64,000 nucleotides of DNA from contig NMRA01000093.1 in the NCBI GenBank assembly GCA_002633005.1, positions 47,762 through 111,761 of the forward strand, given 5' to 3'. The stretch is from Phoronis australis. Its lineage: Eukaryota > Animalia > Phoronida. A program made the translations under genes and the position numbers. Position 1 is the first letter of the stretch. Each line of letters begins with the position of its first letter. Of the stretch, positions 1-12,100 are shown in pieces. The notes under the pieces were generated by a model. The model saw only the letters and a list, made by a program, of their open reading frames with translations. It was not told where the DNA came from and searched no databases.

Positions 1-237
1 GTTAGATCCTGCTGTTTGACCAAACATACAAGTTCCGTGCTTGAATGAACAATCCGCAAACTTCCCCAGTTCTGCTAAAACTTGGACATATGCGGTCACT
101 GCTTGGGTAATTGCCCACCCACGACTTTTTGCCAATTTTTCTGTTTAAGTGCCCACTGCTTGGGTAATGTCCCACCCCCTTTGTCTAAGGGTTTCCCAAT
201 TTAAGCGCACAGAGTGTTAACCCGCGGGTTTACGGTA
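1..237. mobile_element. right end of a non-autonomous DNA transposon (MITE-like), truncated by window start
   Basis: Two subterminal direct repeats CACTGCTTGGGTAAT..CCCACCC (~97 and ~154) and a terminus CCCGCGGGTTTACGGTA resembling TA-flanked TACCGTAAA-type TIRs; the other end is not visible. Confidence 0.35.
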
Positions 238-415
238 CCTTCTTGTGGGAATAGCCAGCCTGTCAGTGACATTCGAACCAAGCAGTTATAGCAGGCGGAT
301 ATGCTCATTTCCAATCCACCACTTGATTTTGGGAAAACTGACTAGGCCGTCTGACCCCTCCTCACCTCTCAGCATTTGAATCATTTTTTGACACTTTTCA
401 TCAGAGATGTCACGG

Positions 416-857
416 CTATTCTTGGATTGATTGCCGCTTCAAGATCCTTCTCCATATGCTTATGATGAATAGTATCCATGGTGCGAAGCCAGAGAACAGA
501 TGAAACGCAGTAAAACGGAGATGTTTCACGGCCTCATACTTGCTATTTACAGCGTACATGTCATTTTTCACTACCATGAGCCACTTCCTAAGCATTTCGG
601 ACTCTCGAGGAAGTAAAAAGAAACGATATACCCGCTTTCCTCGCAGCTGCTTAGTTCGGACAAGCGGGAACGATGCACCGCAACATAGCGGCATTCACTC
701 TGCATATGAACCACTGACATCGCTAGCGTCGTTTCTCACCTTCCTCACAGGTTAACGCGACACCTCTTGGCAAGGTAAGGTCGACTGTGTCCGAGGCGAA
801 GTGGATATACCGATTAACACGGCAAAAAAGACTAATTAAATCGGGTGGCATTCTCCT
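416..857 (-). mobile_element. Kolobok-like DNA transposon 5' end with frameshifted THAP domain
   Basis: Minus strand starts TTAA|AGGAGAATGCCACCC (TTAA 858-861), similar to terminus AGGCGAAGGCAACC of the element at 54743. Downstream, allowing frameshifts: CIVPACPN*AAARKAGISF / LPRESEMLRKWLMVVKND...HLR, a THAP zinc-finger pattern. Confidence 0.55.
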
Positions 858-2422
858 TTAAACCTTGACCCCGAAGGAGACAGGGGCCTACAAACAAGAC
901 GCATTTGAAAACTTGCCCTTTACCTTTTTTGAAAATGTGTCGGTTTGGTAGTCTTCAAGTTATTGGTCATGAAGATATGACTTCGAAAAACCGTAGTTCA
1001 TCCTGGCACAACTTTTCTGATATTTTGAAGGGGGTAAGTCAGTTTGGGGCACTCCTGGGCCCTTACTAAGGCCAAGAAAAGTATGATACTTACATTTCTA
1101 GAGGTTGGAGACAAGGGGCTATAAGATGCGCAAAGAATTTTTAAAATCGAAGACAAAAAGGTTTTCGACCAAAAAAAACCTAGGCCTATAGTCCAGGGGT
1201 TTTTGGCTCCCGAAAAATTTTTTGTCTCCAATCACCAAAATTCTTTCCCAGATGGACGAAGAATGCCGAGAAACTAAGGCCCACCAAGTTTGAATTCGAT
1301 TGGATCATTAATAAGGTCAACGGCATGATCAAAGTTGAAAGACGTCATTTTAGACCTTTTCCCGCCTAAAAACTTTTTGACTATGATTTCAAAACTTCTT
1401 TCATCGTTAGATAGCCCTTTACTTACTGACTCCAAAAACGTAAGTCACCACTTCTGGTGAGCTCTAATAAGGTCACGGCGGAGAATCGAAGTTAGAAAAT
1501 GGGGGGAGACTGTGGCGTTGACCTTAAACCTTGACCCGAAGGAGACAGTAGCTTACAAATAAGACGCATTTGAAAACTTGTCCTTTACCTTGCTTTGAAA
1601 ATGTCTCGATTTGGTAGTCTTCAGGTTATTGGTCATGAAGATATGACTTCGAAAAACCGTAGTTCATCTTGGCATAACTTTTCTGATATTTTGAAGGGGG
1701 TAGGTCAGTTTGGGGCACTCCTGGGCCCTTACTAAGGCCAAGAAAAGTATGATACTTACATTTCTAGAGGGTTGAGACAAGAGGCTATTAGATGCACAAA
1801 GAATTTTTAAAATCGAAGACAAAAAGGTTTTCGACCAAAGAAAACCTTGACCTGTAGTCCAGGGGTTTTTGGCTCCCGAAAAATTTTTGTCTCCAATTAC
1901 AAAAATTCTTTCCCAGATGGACGAAGAATGCGAGAAACTAAGACCCACCAAGTTTGAATTCGATTGGACCATTAATAAGTTCAAACGGCAAGATCAAAGT
2001 TAAAAGACGTCATTTTTAGACCTTTTCTCGCCTAAAAACTTTTGACCCTGATTTCAAAACTTCTTTCATCGTTGGATAGCCCTTTACTTACTGACATCAA
2101 AAACGTAAGTCGCCACTTCTGGTGAGCCCTAATAAGGTCACGGCAGAGGATTAGAGTAGGAAAATTGGGGACAGTCTGTGGCGTTGACCTTAAACATTGA
2201 CCCCGAAGGAGACAGGCGCCTACAAATAAGACGCATTTGAAAACTTGCCCTTTACCTTGCTTTGAAAATGTGTCGGTTTGGTAGTCTTCAGGTTATTGGT
2301 CATGAAGATATGACTTCGAAAAACCGTAGTTCATCTTGGCACAACTTTTCTGATATTTTGAAGGGGGTAGGTCAGTTTGGGGCACTCCTGGGCCCTTACT
2401 AAGGCCAAGAAAAGTATGATAC
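858..2422. repeat. tandem satellite, 666-bp unit, ~2.3 copies
   Basis: Unit start TTAAAC(C/A)TTGACCC(C)GAAGGAGACAG recurs at 858, 1524 and 2190; ORFs 998-1231 and 1664-1984 are near-identical copies; the third unit is cut off at ~2422. Confidence 0.92.
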
Positions 2423-5009
2423 AGCACACATCACAAGTGTTTGTCCGACCGGTCGGAAATTGGTCGACGACCGGCCGTCGACCGGTCGTCTAGCCGACCA
2501 GCAGCCTACCAACAACGGTCGGCTAGGAGCCGTCTGCTGAGTCGCCTCTGTGGTCGGCACTTGGGTCTGCTAAGTGGTCGCCTAGCATACACGACCAATT
2601 CGGATTAAGCGCTTCCTTGGTCGGCAATTACCATTTTAAGACTTAGCGTTGAACTTTGGACAAACAAACATTTAATTGTTCGCTGTTCGTTTACCAGTGG
2701 CAACTGCAGTCTTGACATTGGTTTATCAACTTTTGTTCAACTATTGAAAGGAGGTAAAATCGAATCAACCTACAAATACATGTACGAAGTGCGTGACATT
2801 ACCCGAGCCTAAAACTTTATGTTGACGGCGTGTCAAAATCAAACGTTAAGTGATATCGTGGAAGCATAATTTCTAACTCAAGATATGAGACTTTTATACA
2901 GTATATTATGTATAAAAACAAGCACGAAATTTGAAATTTACAGTAAAATTGTATAAAAATCAGAATACAACACTGGATATTTTACGATCTCAAGTGTTTT
3001 CATGCCGGAGAATGCTCAACAAGCAGCACGCATTTGCGCTCATCCGTTATTGCTCTTGATCACCATTTCATCACGCTGTATATTGCGCTTTACCACAGAT
3101 AATTAGTGTTTATTTCTGTATAATTTCTTAATATGTTGGTACAGCAATAGAAACCAAGTTTATTTTAGGAACAACATAAACAATGGTTTGAACACAGAGC
3201 CGATATTAAATCATGGGCGCATGAAAACGGAAGACTGTGATCGGTTTATAGTGTCATCCATCATCCATCATCATTCTGAAATTGATGTCATTGTCGCAGT
3301 AAAAAATCTTTTCGAAGCTAGAGCCTTCCTATCTGGCCAGCTAGCTGTATGAAAACTATTTTCAAAATACAGCAAGGTGCCACTGCGTATTGAGCTCAAA
3401 CAGACCTCGAAACTTCACACAGCCCGGATAGTTACGCTTGTCACCTCATCGAAAAGCTTGTATCAACACGAGCTCAAGACCGGCGGGTGTGCATGCAAAC
3501 TCTGGAAGTCGATCAATTGGCATTCAAGTTGCCCGTTACGGACGTTTAAGCGAAAACGTCACCTTCTTGCGTAATTCCCTGCCTTTTGTAACGGAAAAAC
3601 GTACGTCGTCGTTTTGAAAAGAGTTCATTCGTGACACGTGCCACTTTCAAAATGTTTTCGACATCTCCCATTAGATGATGACAACATCTCAGCAAAATTT
3701 ATTCTAAAATTCGGTTCACTGATATCAAAATTACAAAAACAGATAATGAAGAGAAACCAATTCTGATCATTTGTTGTGACGTTTACGCAACCTCGAGGGA
3801 GAACGTTTGATTGAAGAATCGGGGAAAAAGAAACTGGCTAATAGGTGACGCAATATTTCATTGCGTCGAAAGTCGACGCAAAAGATCACACCATAATTTT
3901 AGCAACAGAATAATTGTAGAAAACCAATTTTTGCAACGAGGGTAAATAATTTAGATTATTCTAGGGAGATTTTATTTGGTCAGTTTTTACCCACAACGGC
4001 GCAAATTTGTATATTTAATTTAGTAAACAGCTTCGCACCAAGGGTAGAGCCTTTCGAGACCTTTGGCGTAAGAAAACAATACTTGGTGTTTCGCGTATAC
4101 TCCAAGGGGTAAAACTTTGAAAATAATATTTTCGGGCTAACCTGGTACATGTAATCCTAAAAAAAGTTGTTTGTGCTTTCATGTAGAGCGTAAAAATGAC
4201 TAGCCCAGTGATTCAAAAAGAACACTCTAGCAAACGAAAACTCACACAATTTTCAGCTCTATTATACTGGTTAAAAACAACTTCTATAAGTTTATTGCAT
4301 CGGATTCTAGTGATCACCAGAGCAAGTCAAAACTCTGAAGGGGGCGCAATTTCAAACCTTTGTCATGAATCAGTGATATAAAAATAGAATTAGACCGACT
4401 TTAATTCATCAGCAATGTAGACACAACAGTTACAGACACTGACTGCGTTTGTTAACGTCTTGTGGAAATGATAAACATAATTGTTTCTACTAGGATTGAT
4501 AACAAGTTTTACTCTGATGAGGTATAATGCAATATGCAGATCGGCAGTTGCAAAAATATTTACTGGGATTAATGAATCGGTTTGTTATGAACCACTGCAA
4601 AAGTATGATTACTAATCGTACATTCGAAGCACGCCTCATTAGAATAAAAACATACACATGCTTGATGATCCTGGGAGTACCTCTATTACAGGCATGAATG
4701 AAGATATATAGTTGTTAAGCCATAGAGGATAATGAGGCTTACATAATATCACACTGAGCCATCTACACCAGGCATATACAAAGGATACAGTATTTCAAAA
4801 GAAGCCTCAACTACTTATTTTTCATAGTCATAACTACTCATTTTTCATAGTATTACTAAATCACAAACCCCTAGATTTATATAAGAAGTTACATAGTACG
4901 ATGCGACACCACCTGCTCTCCCACATTTATGGAAGGCCTAATTTGAAACATTTAACGACATATATTTACTATGCAAGATTAAAACCAAGCAAAACATGTT
5001 AACTCTCCG

Positions 5010-5260
5010 GGACCAAAAATAAATATCTCAAAACCAAAAATTTTACTTAAGCAGGAATTAAAACAATACAATACATTGAGATTGTTTTCACAAAGAAGAC
5101 CAAAAAACAAATAAAGACCAAAATTCACCACGTCAAGACTGAAAATGTATCACATCAGCACCTATAATTTATCAAATGAGGACCAAAAATTCTTCACTTC
5201 AAGATCAAAATAAAATACGACCGAACTGAAAATTTAATAAGTCAGGTTCAAAAACTTACC
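5010..5260. repeat. degenerate short-period tandem repeat (GACCAAAAAT/GACTGAAAAT cores)
   Basis: GACCAAAAA, AACCAAAAA, GACTGAAAA, GATCAAAA and GTTCAAAAA cores recur at roughly 20-45 bp spacing. Confidence 0.45.
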
Positions 5261-6338
5261 ATGTCACTAAGTTTACACGCCAGAACACCACGTCACCATC
5301 CCCAAGTAGAATGCGCTAACTTTCCGATGATAGCAAAGTACTTTTTCAAAACGAGAAAAAAATCAAAAAGAAAAAAAATTGGTTCGTCCCATATTGGTTC
5401 CTAGGTTCGACCGGCCTACGTAAGGAACTAAACACCAATGCTATTTTAACATAATAAGTACGCGTAACATTCCAAGAAATTCAACGACCACTAACTACAA
5501 ACTATAAATACACTACATATGCAAACTAATCACGAGATATTACTAATAAAACAAAATAATGAATACTTTTCGAGCAAGCGATAGCACATTCAGTTACAAG
5601 GAAAAAATGGCGGCGTTCAGGACAAGTTCCTGAATTGATGAGCCGGAAATGTGGGTACGGAAATAACCGATGAAAACCGGTAATTATACGCTAACAGAAA
5701 AGGGTCAAATACGTTTAAAAAATCGCTTTTGGCAAGAAAGGCGAAAAGAATATAAAGAAAGGGTGTCGAAAATAAGATTTTATGTAGTAAGTATTTTCAG
5801 ATACTGGAACCACATGGACATTTTGCGACCAGGTCTTTAAGTACTTTTAATCAAGAAATAAACGCAGCTATTAACATTGTTGTGTGACGTCATCAGTGGA
5901 AGTCCGGTCTCCGCTGTGAAAAGTTGCATGTGCGGAGGATACAGTAATAGCAATCGGACAGACCACAGTTCAGTTTTTGCGTTTCCCAAAGACCCTAAGA
6001 TCGCCAAGAATTGAATGGCATAGGTTCGTGCGTCGGACACGGGAATGGCAGTACACGGAGGAGCTAGCGATCAATTCAGGGGCTACGCTGTGGTCAGCAC
6101 ATTTTAAAGAATCGTGCTTCTTTACGTCGATGAAACGGACGTTTGATGAAGCTTTCTCCATCACCGTGTAAGAGTGTATTGCGTTGTAGTGCACTGCTTG
6201 GAAAATAGTTGTCAGTATGATCCCCAGCATCAAATTGTGACTGAGATAAAGCCTTTTATATCACAATATTAGCGTCAAATGGCAGATACAACCGTGTAAT
6301 AACCCATAAAGTTATCTTACTAGTGAGATAACGATTAA

Positions 6339-6412
6339 GCGGGAAATCGAGGACGGAGTCGAACCCGGGACCTTGGAATTGCTAGTTGCAGACTTTACCA
6401 CTACACCATGCA
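6339..6412 (-). pseudogene. tRNA-Ala(AGC)-derived sequence (SINE head or tRNA pseudogene)
   Basis: Minus strand GCATGGTGTAGTGGTAAAGTCTGCAACTAGCAATTCCAAGGTCCCGGGTTCGACTCC: A box TGGTGTAGTGG, B box GGTTCGACTCC, anticodon loop CT-AGC-AA; acceptor stem does not pair. Confidence 0.6.
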
Positions 6413-6848
6413 GCGACTGACGTCATCAACAGTGTAAATAGAATACTTAAATAAGCACGCGCATTAATCGCACGTTCAACAATCTGCATTGTACTGTACT
6501 TATACGCTACGAAAAATAAGACACATAATTTCCATAAAAATGATATTTTAATTCAGTGAATTTGTTCTCTCATGTACTCTTACTTGTAAATCACCGATCT
6601 CCAGTTTGAATGCGGGTATCGTGTCGTCAGGATCTTTGACTTGAAAATTATATTCAGTTACCCGTTATATTTAAGTTTTCAATTGGTTTTGAGTAAAAGC
6701 ATTATTTGACAAAAATAGACCGGCTTTTCTTAAAAGGTCACGACCTCCGACCCCGGGCCTCTGACATAGAAAATAGTTACAAAGCTGTGGAGAGTCAGAA
6801 AAGGTAAATCTATTCATTGCAATGTTTCTCATTTAGTATGTGGTATAA

Positions 6849-6991
6849 ATAGATTATTACATGTTCTCAGCAGTTATCCCCCTTATCTAGAGCCCTCGTG
6901 GATTTTGGAGAATTATTATTTGGATAATTCTCCAAAATCCACTCGGGCTCTAGATAACGGGGGATAACGACTTCGCCATGTAATAATCTAT
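6849..6991. mobile_element. palindromic MITE/hairpin (~143 bp)
   Basis: ATAGATTATTACATG...TATCTAGAGCCC..GTGGATTTTGGAGAATTAT pairs with ATAATTCTCCAAAATCCAC..GGGCTCTAGATA...CATGTAATAATCTAT around a short loop. Confidence 0.8.
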
Positions 6992-7329
6992 ATGTAGTAA
7001 GTTCCCATCAGTCTATTCTTGTTCAAGATTTTGTGATAATGCATCCTATCCGCACTATACGTCAATGCCTAATAGAAGAAAATGGTCATGTAGATGCCAG
7101 GCAAATAGTTTGAGGTTACGACCGCAGCCGGCACAGAGGCTGGAGACAGACACTGGACTGAAATAATCGAGAAATCACAACGGTACAAAGCTTTCATAAT
7201 TTTAGAACTGACAAGAAATAGAATCCAGCTAACATGACAATAATTTAATATGATTTTCCTGACAAACGCACTCGGCATTCAAAGAAATGAAATCAGTGAC
7301 CACTGTTCACTCCCAGCGAAGACCAAATG

Positions 7330-9110
7330 GGGGGGGGGGGGATAACAGAAAAGTCACACAAACAAGTATAGGGTGCTTTCAATCGCACCACATCGTGCTC
7401 AACGTACCAAATTGAGGTGTTGTCCACAATTTCTTGACGGGTGATTTTACGGTTTTTGTCATTGCAGAAAATGTTTTTGGATGGCGCCATTTTGAAGATG
7501 CATAGATAACCGATGGGAAAGACAGCAAACCGTTTGACAAATGTAACCATGCTTTACATTCGAATGAAGACATTCGTTCATAGGGCATACAATCTCATAA
7601 GCAACACTACATTTGACAACGGGGCGGACTTTGGCTTTAGAAATGTTATTTTCCATGACGAAATTGGAGAACTTCCTATTCCTTCAACGTGCCTGTTGAT
7701 GAGACCATTTTCATCAGTTTGGATAAAGAATACCATCACCCACATTTAAAGCCGCCCGAGATTTCACCAACTCATACGAGAGAGTTGCCGACCATCTGCA
7801 CTAATAAAGTACCATTTCGTCATATAAAAGGCAATTGTTGCAACAAAAAGATGACGTGAGCATGGACTCTTAGTCCTCTGGGTCCCACTTCGGAATTTTA
7901 TATGTCTGAAATGGAAAAAAGGGCCCGCAATATGATCGGTGGTATTTCTATCTATGTACGATATGTGGATGATATTTTTGTTTATTGTGCTTTTGATGAC
8001 TTGTTATCAGCACGAGATGAATTTGAGCGTCACTCTGTTTTAAAATGTAACCACGGACCTCCTGTAAATGACAAAAATCAGTTTTTGACGTGCTTGTGAG
8101 CCATTCTCCATCAGTTTATCACAAGCCTACTGATAAAGGTTTCTGTCTTAACGCCAAAGCGAGTGCCCTGAGCAGTATTAGGTCGCCGTTGTGGTCAACT
8201 TCCTAAAGAGGGCGTATTTGGTGTCGTCCAATTGGCTATTGTTCAATCAAGAGGTAGGTCGTATAAGACAAACCCTGGTGAATAATGGCTACACCAACCC
8301 TTTCGTAGACCGTCATATTTGTCTATTCATGTCCAAAATTAATTGTGAATCCACTGGACGTTTTTTTTAAAGTGATATGTATTTATTGAAGAATACACAG
8401 AACATACAAAGAAATAATAACACACCCAGAAACCGCGAAGCGTTATATCTGGGTTGTAAACAATTTATAAATGAAACTAATATACATAGAGGTATATACA
8501 ATTAAGTAGTACCTAACATAAGTATTCCAATACTTAGATATGCTATTACAAATGTATAAAAACACGGACGTCGGACCGATGTTACAAAAAGGTATTTTAC
8601 AAAAAATGTTATGTACATGTAATTACCTCCACGACGAACACGCCTCTAAGAAATTCATCAGGGATAATGTTAAACTTTGTAAGCCCGATGATTACCTCGA
8701 TGTTACTATTTATTATCGGAGTAGGAATTCCTCCAACTTCGTCATGAAAAATAACATTTCTAAAGCCAAAGTCCGCCCTCGTCTTGAAAAATAACATTTC
8801 TAAAGCCTAAGTCTGCCCCATTGAGTTTGCATGCCCTATGAACGAATGTCTGCGTTCAAATGTTAAGCAATGGTCAAACGATTTGCTGTCTGTCCCGTCA
8901 GTTATCTATGTATCTTCAAAATGGCCCCATTCAAGAAATTGTGGAAAACTCGTCGATTCGGTACGTAGAGCACGATTAGCTGTGATTGAAAGTATTGGAG
9001 ACCCTTTTAATTGGATTCAAGAAGTCTGTTTTGAATGAGCAGCAAAAAGGGTCGCGCCGCACGTTACACTTGTTTGCATGACTTTCCTGTTAAACCCATT
9101 CATTTGTCAT
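7330..9110 (+). mobile_element. decayed Penelope-like retroelement (RT + GIY-YIG) with inverted 3' segment
   Basis: Plus strand: ..LGPTSEFYMSEME..YVRYVDDIFV (RT motif) at ~7870-8000, then NNGY and YYRSRNSSNFVMKNN. Minus strand 7330-7680 carries an inverted copy including the GIY-YIG-like VAYEIVCP..C...GYICQT. Many stops and frameshifts. Confidence 0.75.
8361..8562 (-). mobile_element. short poly(A)-tailed retro-insertion (LINE/SINE 3' end) nested in the Penelope relic
   Basis: T8 run at 8361, TTTATT (AATAAA on minus), stem-loop CCCAGA..CGC GAA GCG..TCTGGG; imperfect TSD CACTGGACG / CACGGACG; Penelope coding remnants resume after it. Confidence 0.5.
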
Positions 9111-12100
9111 TCTTTGCAACATTAACATCTATAGTGTGCCACTGTGTATGTTTCGAGTTTTCGCTCTGTGGTGGTATTTTGTTTCAACTTGAGAACATTG
9201 CTGTAGTGGTAATTAAAATTAGGTGTAAGTAGGCGCCCAGAGCCCATCGTATCGCCGTGAGCGCTGAATTTTAAAGTGCATTCAACACAACCTGACCCAC
9301 AAACATTTAGGCTTATTTTTGACTCACGTGTGGGTATTTACATAGAGCCTGCAGTGGTGGATCTTGGATGTCGAAGAAAGAGGGCCAAACCACACATATC
9401 TGAAGGCAAAGGTCCGCGTGCATTCTCTGAAGACGGCCCATGCACAATTATAAAGGAAAATTGGAGTGTAACGCCCCGATACTGGCGGGGACTTTTAGTC
9501 GCCTGTGAGGTGTGTCCTTGGGGGCTTTTGCCACCCCCTTTATCCACCTATGGTACGTGTGACACAATAACTGTTTTTATCTTAAATAAATAAAAATTCC
9601 ATCACTCGGCGAGCATATGCCTGGTGATCACACGCGCCGAAATGTTCGGCAACAAATGCTGTCAGCTTAGCGAATTGATGCCGTAACGTATCGTATCGAG
9701 ACTACGCCTCACCGTCACTTACAGTGCCTAGACGCTACGTCAAAACGAAAAAAGGTGGTTGCTGCGATAAAATGTAAAAAGGTGGTTGGCTGCAACTACG
9801 TGCGCTTACATTCCACTATACCGTAACTTACGGTGGGTAGGCGCTATATTGAAAAGCAAAAAGGTGGTTGGTTGCGCCTGAGTGCGCCTACGCCCCACTA
9901 CATGCTTCAGAATGAAACAAGTATGTTTCGAAATATAGTGTGTCTTTTGATCATGTCTCTTTGTCAATTGCTCTACCGATGTTCTGTTGAGTGTCGAACT
10001 TTATTCGGAGGATACGAACGGAATGGAATAAAGATTGTTAACAACGACACATGTCGTGTATTTAATCAATTTTGGATATCGGAAAACTTGCTCCCGAAGT
10101 ACAACCAAATAATAACAAGGTGTGGAAATAACAGTCACTCATTTGAATGCCGACCAGTTGGATTCAAACCGGCTCTGACCGATCAGATCACTCCTACGTG
10201 TTTCTCCCGAAGAGTGACCACACATGTACACCTGTAGGTAAATCAATAAACGAAGCCTTCGGAAAAACAGACCGGCTCAAAGAAGACGAGCGATGGTAAC
10301 AACTTGAGTGCGCGCATGTCTGTCGGGAATTCACGTGACAAAGTCTCAACTGGATTGTTTAGCCATACTGCAAGAAGATTGCAGCGATTTTCGGAAAGCC
10401 GACGCTGGAGGTACCTGCAAGAATAAATTCTCTTATAGCAACTATAAACTCTCGTTCCATCACAGAAGCGAACTTTTGATTTATAAAATAGTCTCCAGTT
10501 GTTCCATAGTTACGAGTTTGCAAAAGCTGACAATTCATTATACACTGAGACCATGCTCGGCGCATAAAATGACGTCTTGCTACGACACAGCTTGGTCTCA
10601 CCTCTAATTTTAGAAAGGAACATTTTGAGACAAATATTCTAACTGTAAGTGATCGAAATCAAAAGTTCATTTTATGATGGAAGGAGGGTTTAAAACCAAT
10701 AGTAAACAGAGTCATAAATTCCTTTTATAAAACATAACTGGTCCAAAATTTGTCGAGAGCTGTTCTACAGCGTGAACTTGAAAAATACTGCAATCTATCT
10801 ACTGTTTGCAAATGTGGTGAATGTAAACAATGACACTAAATAGTGAAAGTAAACCTTTTAGACCTTGAAATAACAGTGTTTAGGTTTAAAAAATATTCCT
10901 GCGATGTTTTAACACCGTCGACGCGCTGAAGATAAACGAATCTTATTTACTTGATTTGCCCATAACTTCGCTGGTTAGGCGACTTTGAAAAACATTTCGG
11001 ACAAATCACATAGTGTGAGCTCATTTGGTAACGTTTTGTATGAATGCGGAAAGTATATGAATGAAACAACTTATCAGAAGGTTTCAACACTCGAGAATAA
11101 AGACAAAGAGCCCAATCCGGATCGGCAACGTTCAGAAATATGCATTTTGATTGACCCGCTTGCTGGTGAAGAACGAAGTTTTACATTGAACCATAGACTG
11201 AATGCCACCGTCTATACTTATCAGTAAAGACAGTGATGCTCCCTTTTGGCTTCATAGCACAAATATTCCGAGGCGCGTGTAGTGTAAAAACGGCCAGTTT
11301 CCTATCTGGGCAACTGAACGAAGGAGTGATCGAAAAAAGTTTGATTACTTGAATGAGTATTTGTTCGAGTTGGAAAGAATTAAGACATGGACGGCTTCCT
11401 AAGGTGTCCATTTATGCGCAAAAGGTACTTATAGCAACGTGACTTCTATGGTTTAATCACTGTGAGGTATAATTCACCGAAAAGTTTCAGGCTTATGAAG
11501 ACCCTATGGGAGCATCTCCGTGGCACTGTCTAATTCAAATTCTACCAGCAAACACATTGTTAAGTTCGTGTTGCATAGTAGAAGATCACGTGGCATTTTG
11601 GATATCTAATAACCATACTTTGGCCAGAGGTACGTAATTACTATGATGCAGTGCGAAATTTATCAAACAGTGAACTTCAGCAATTTGACGTCAAAGTGAC
11701 ATGGATGAACATACAATCAATAGTTTTTAAAGGACAAAGTTTTTATCTCATGTTCGTGCAAGGACATGAGATGCCATGAAACACGGAGTGTATTACCGGA
11801 AAACAGTTCCCGCACGTATTTCACGGTAGAGTCGTATTTCAACGTTTGTGTATAGTCTCCTGGTGGAATAAATTATCTCGTGCAACGGCAAATTTTATTG
11901 ACCTTGTTCACATTGGCTACCAAAAACATTTATTCATGACGTCGTTTCTAGCACCGTTTTACTCCTCTAAAAACGATGGACTAGCAGCCAACATTTACTG
12001 GTGAATATTCCGACGCATGGTGACCAGGTCACTGTCTTTAATCTGCATCATCAGAAATGTGTCAGTTACATCGATAACGTTCCCAACAAAGTGCCGCCAA

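Noticed and set aside
998-1984. Paralogous 77-aa and 106-aa ORFs
   Set aside because: Chance ORFs in satellite units with indels between copies; no domain similarity.
6339-6412. Functional tRNA gene
   Set aside because: Acceptor stem does not pair and the anticodon stem has a mismatch; kept only as tRNA-derived.
7069-7157. Phase-1 candidate terminal exon (VQCLSPASVPAAVVTSNYLPGIYMTIFFY) for the PAN gene
   Set aside because: Acceptor and phase fit, but it is 6.6 kb away amid TE debris and has no motif support; a similar candidate near 12940-13001 is equally plausible.
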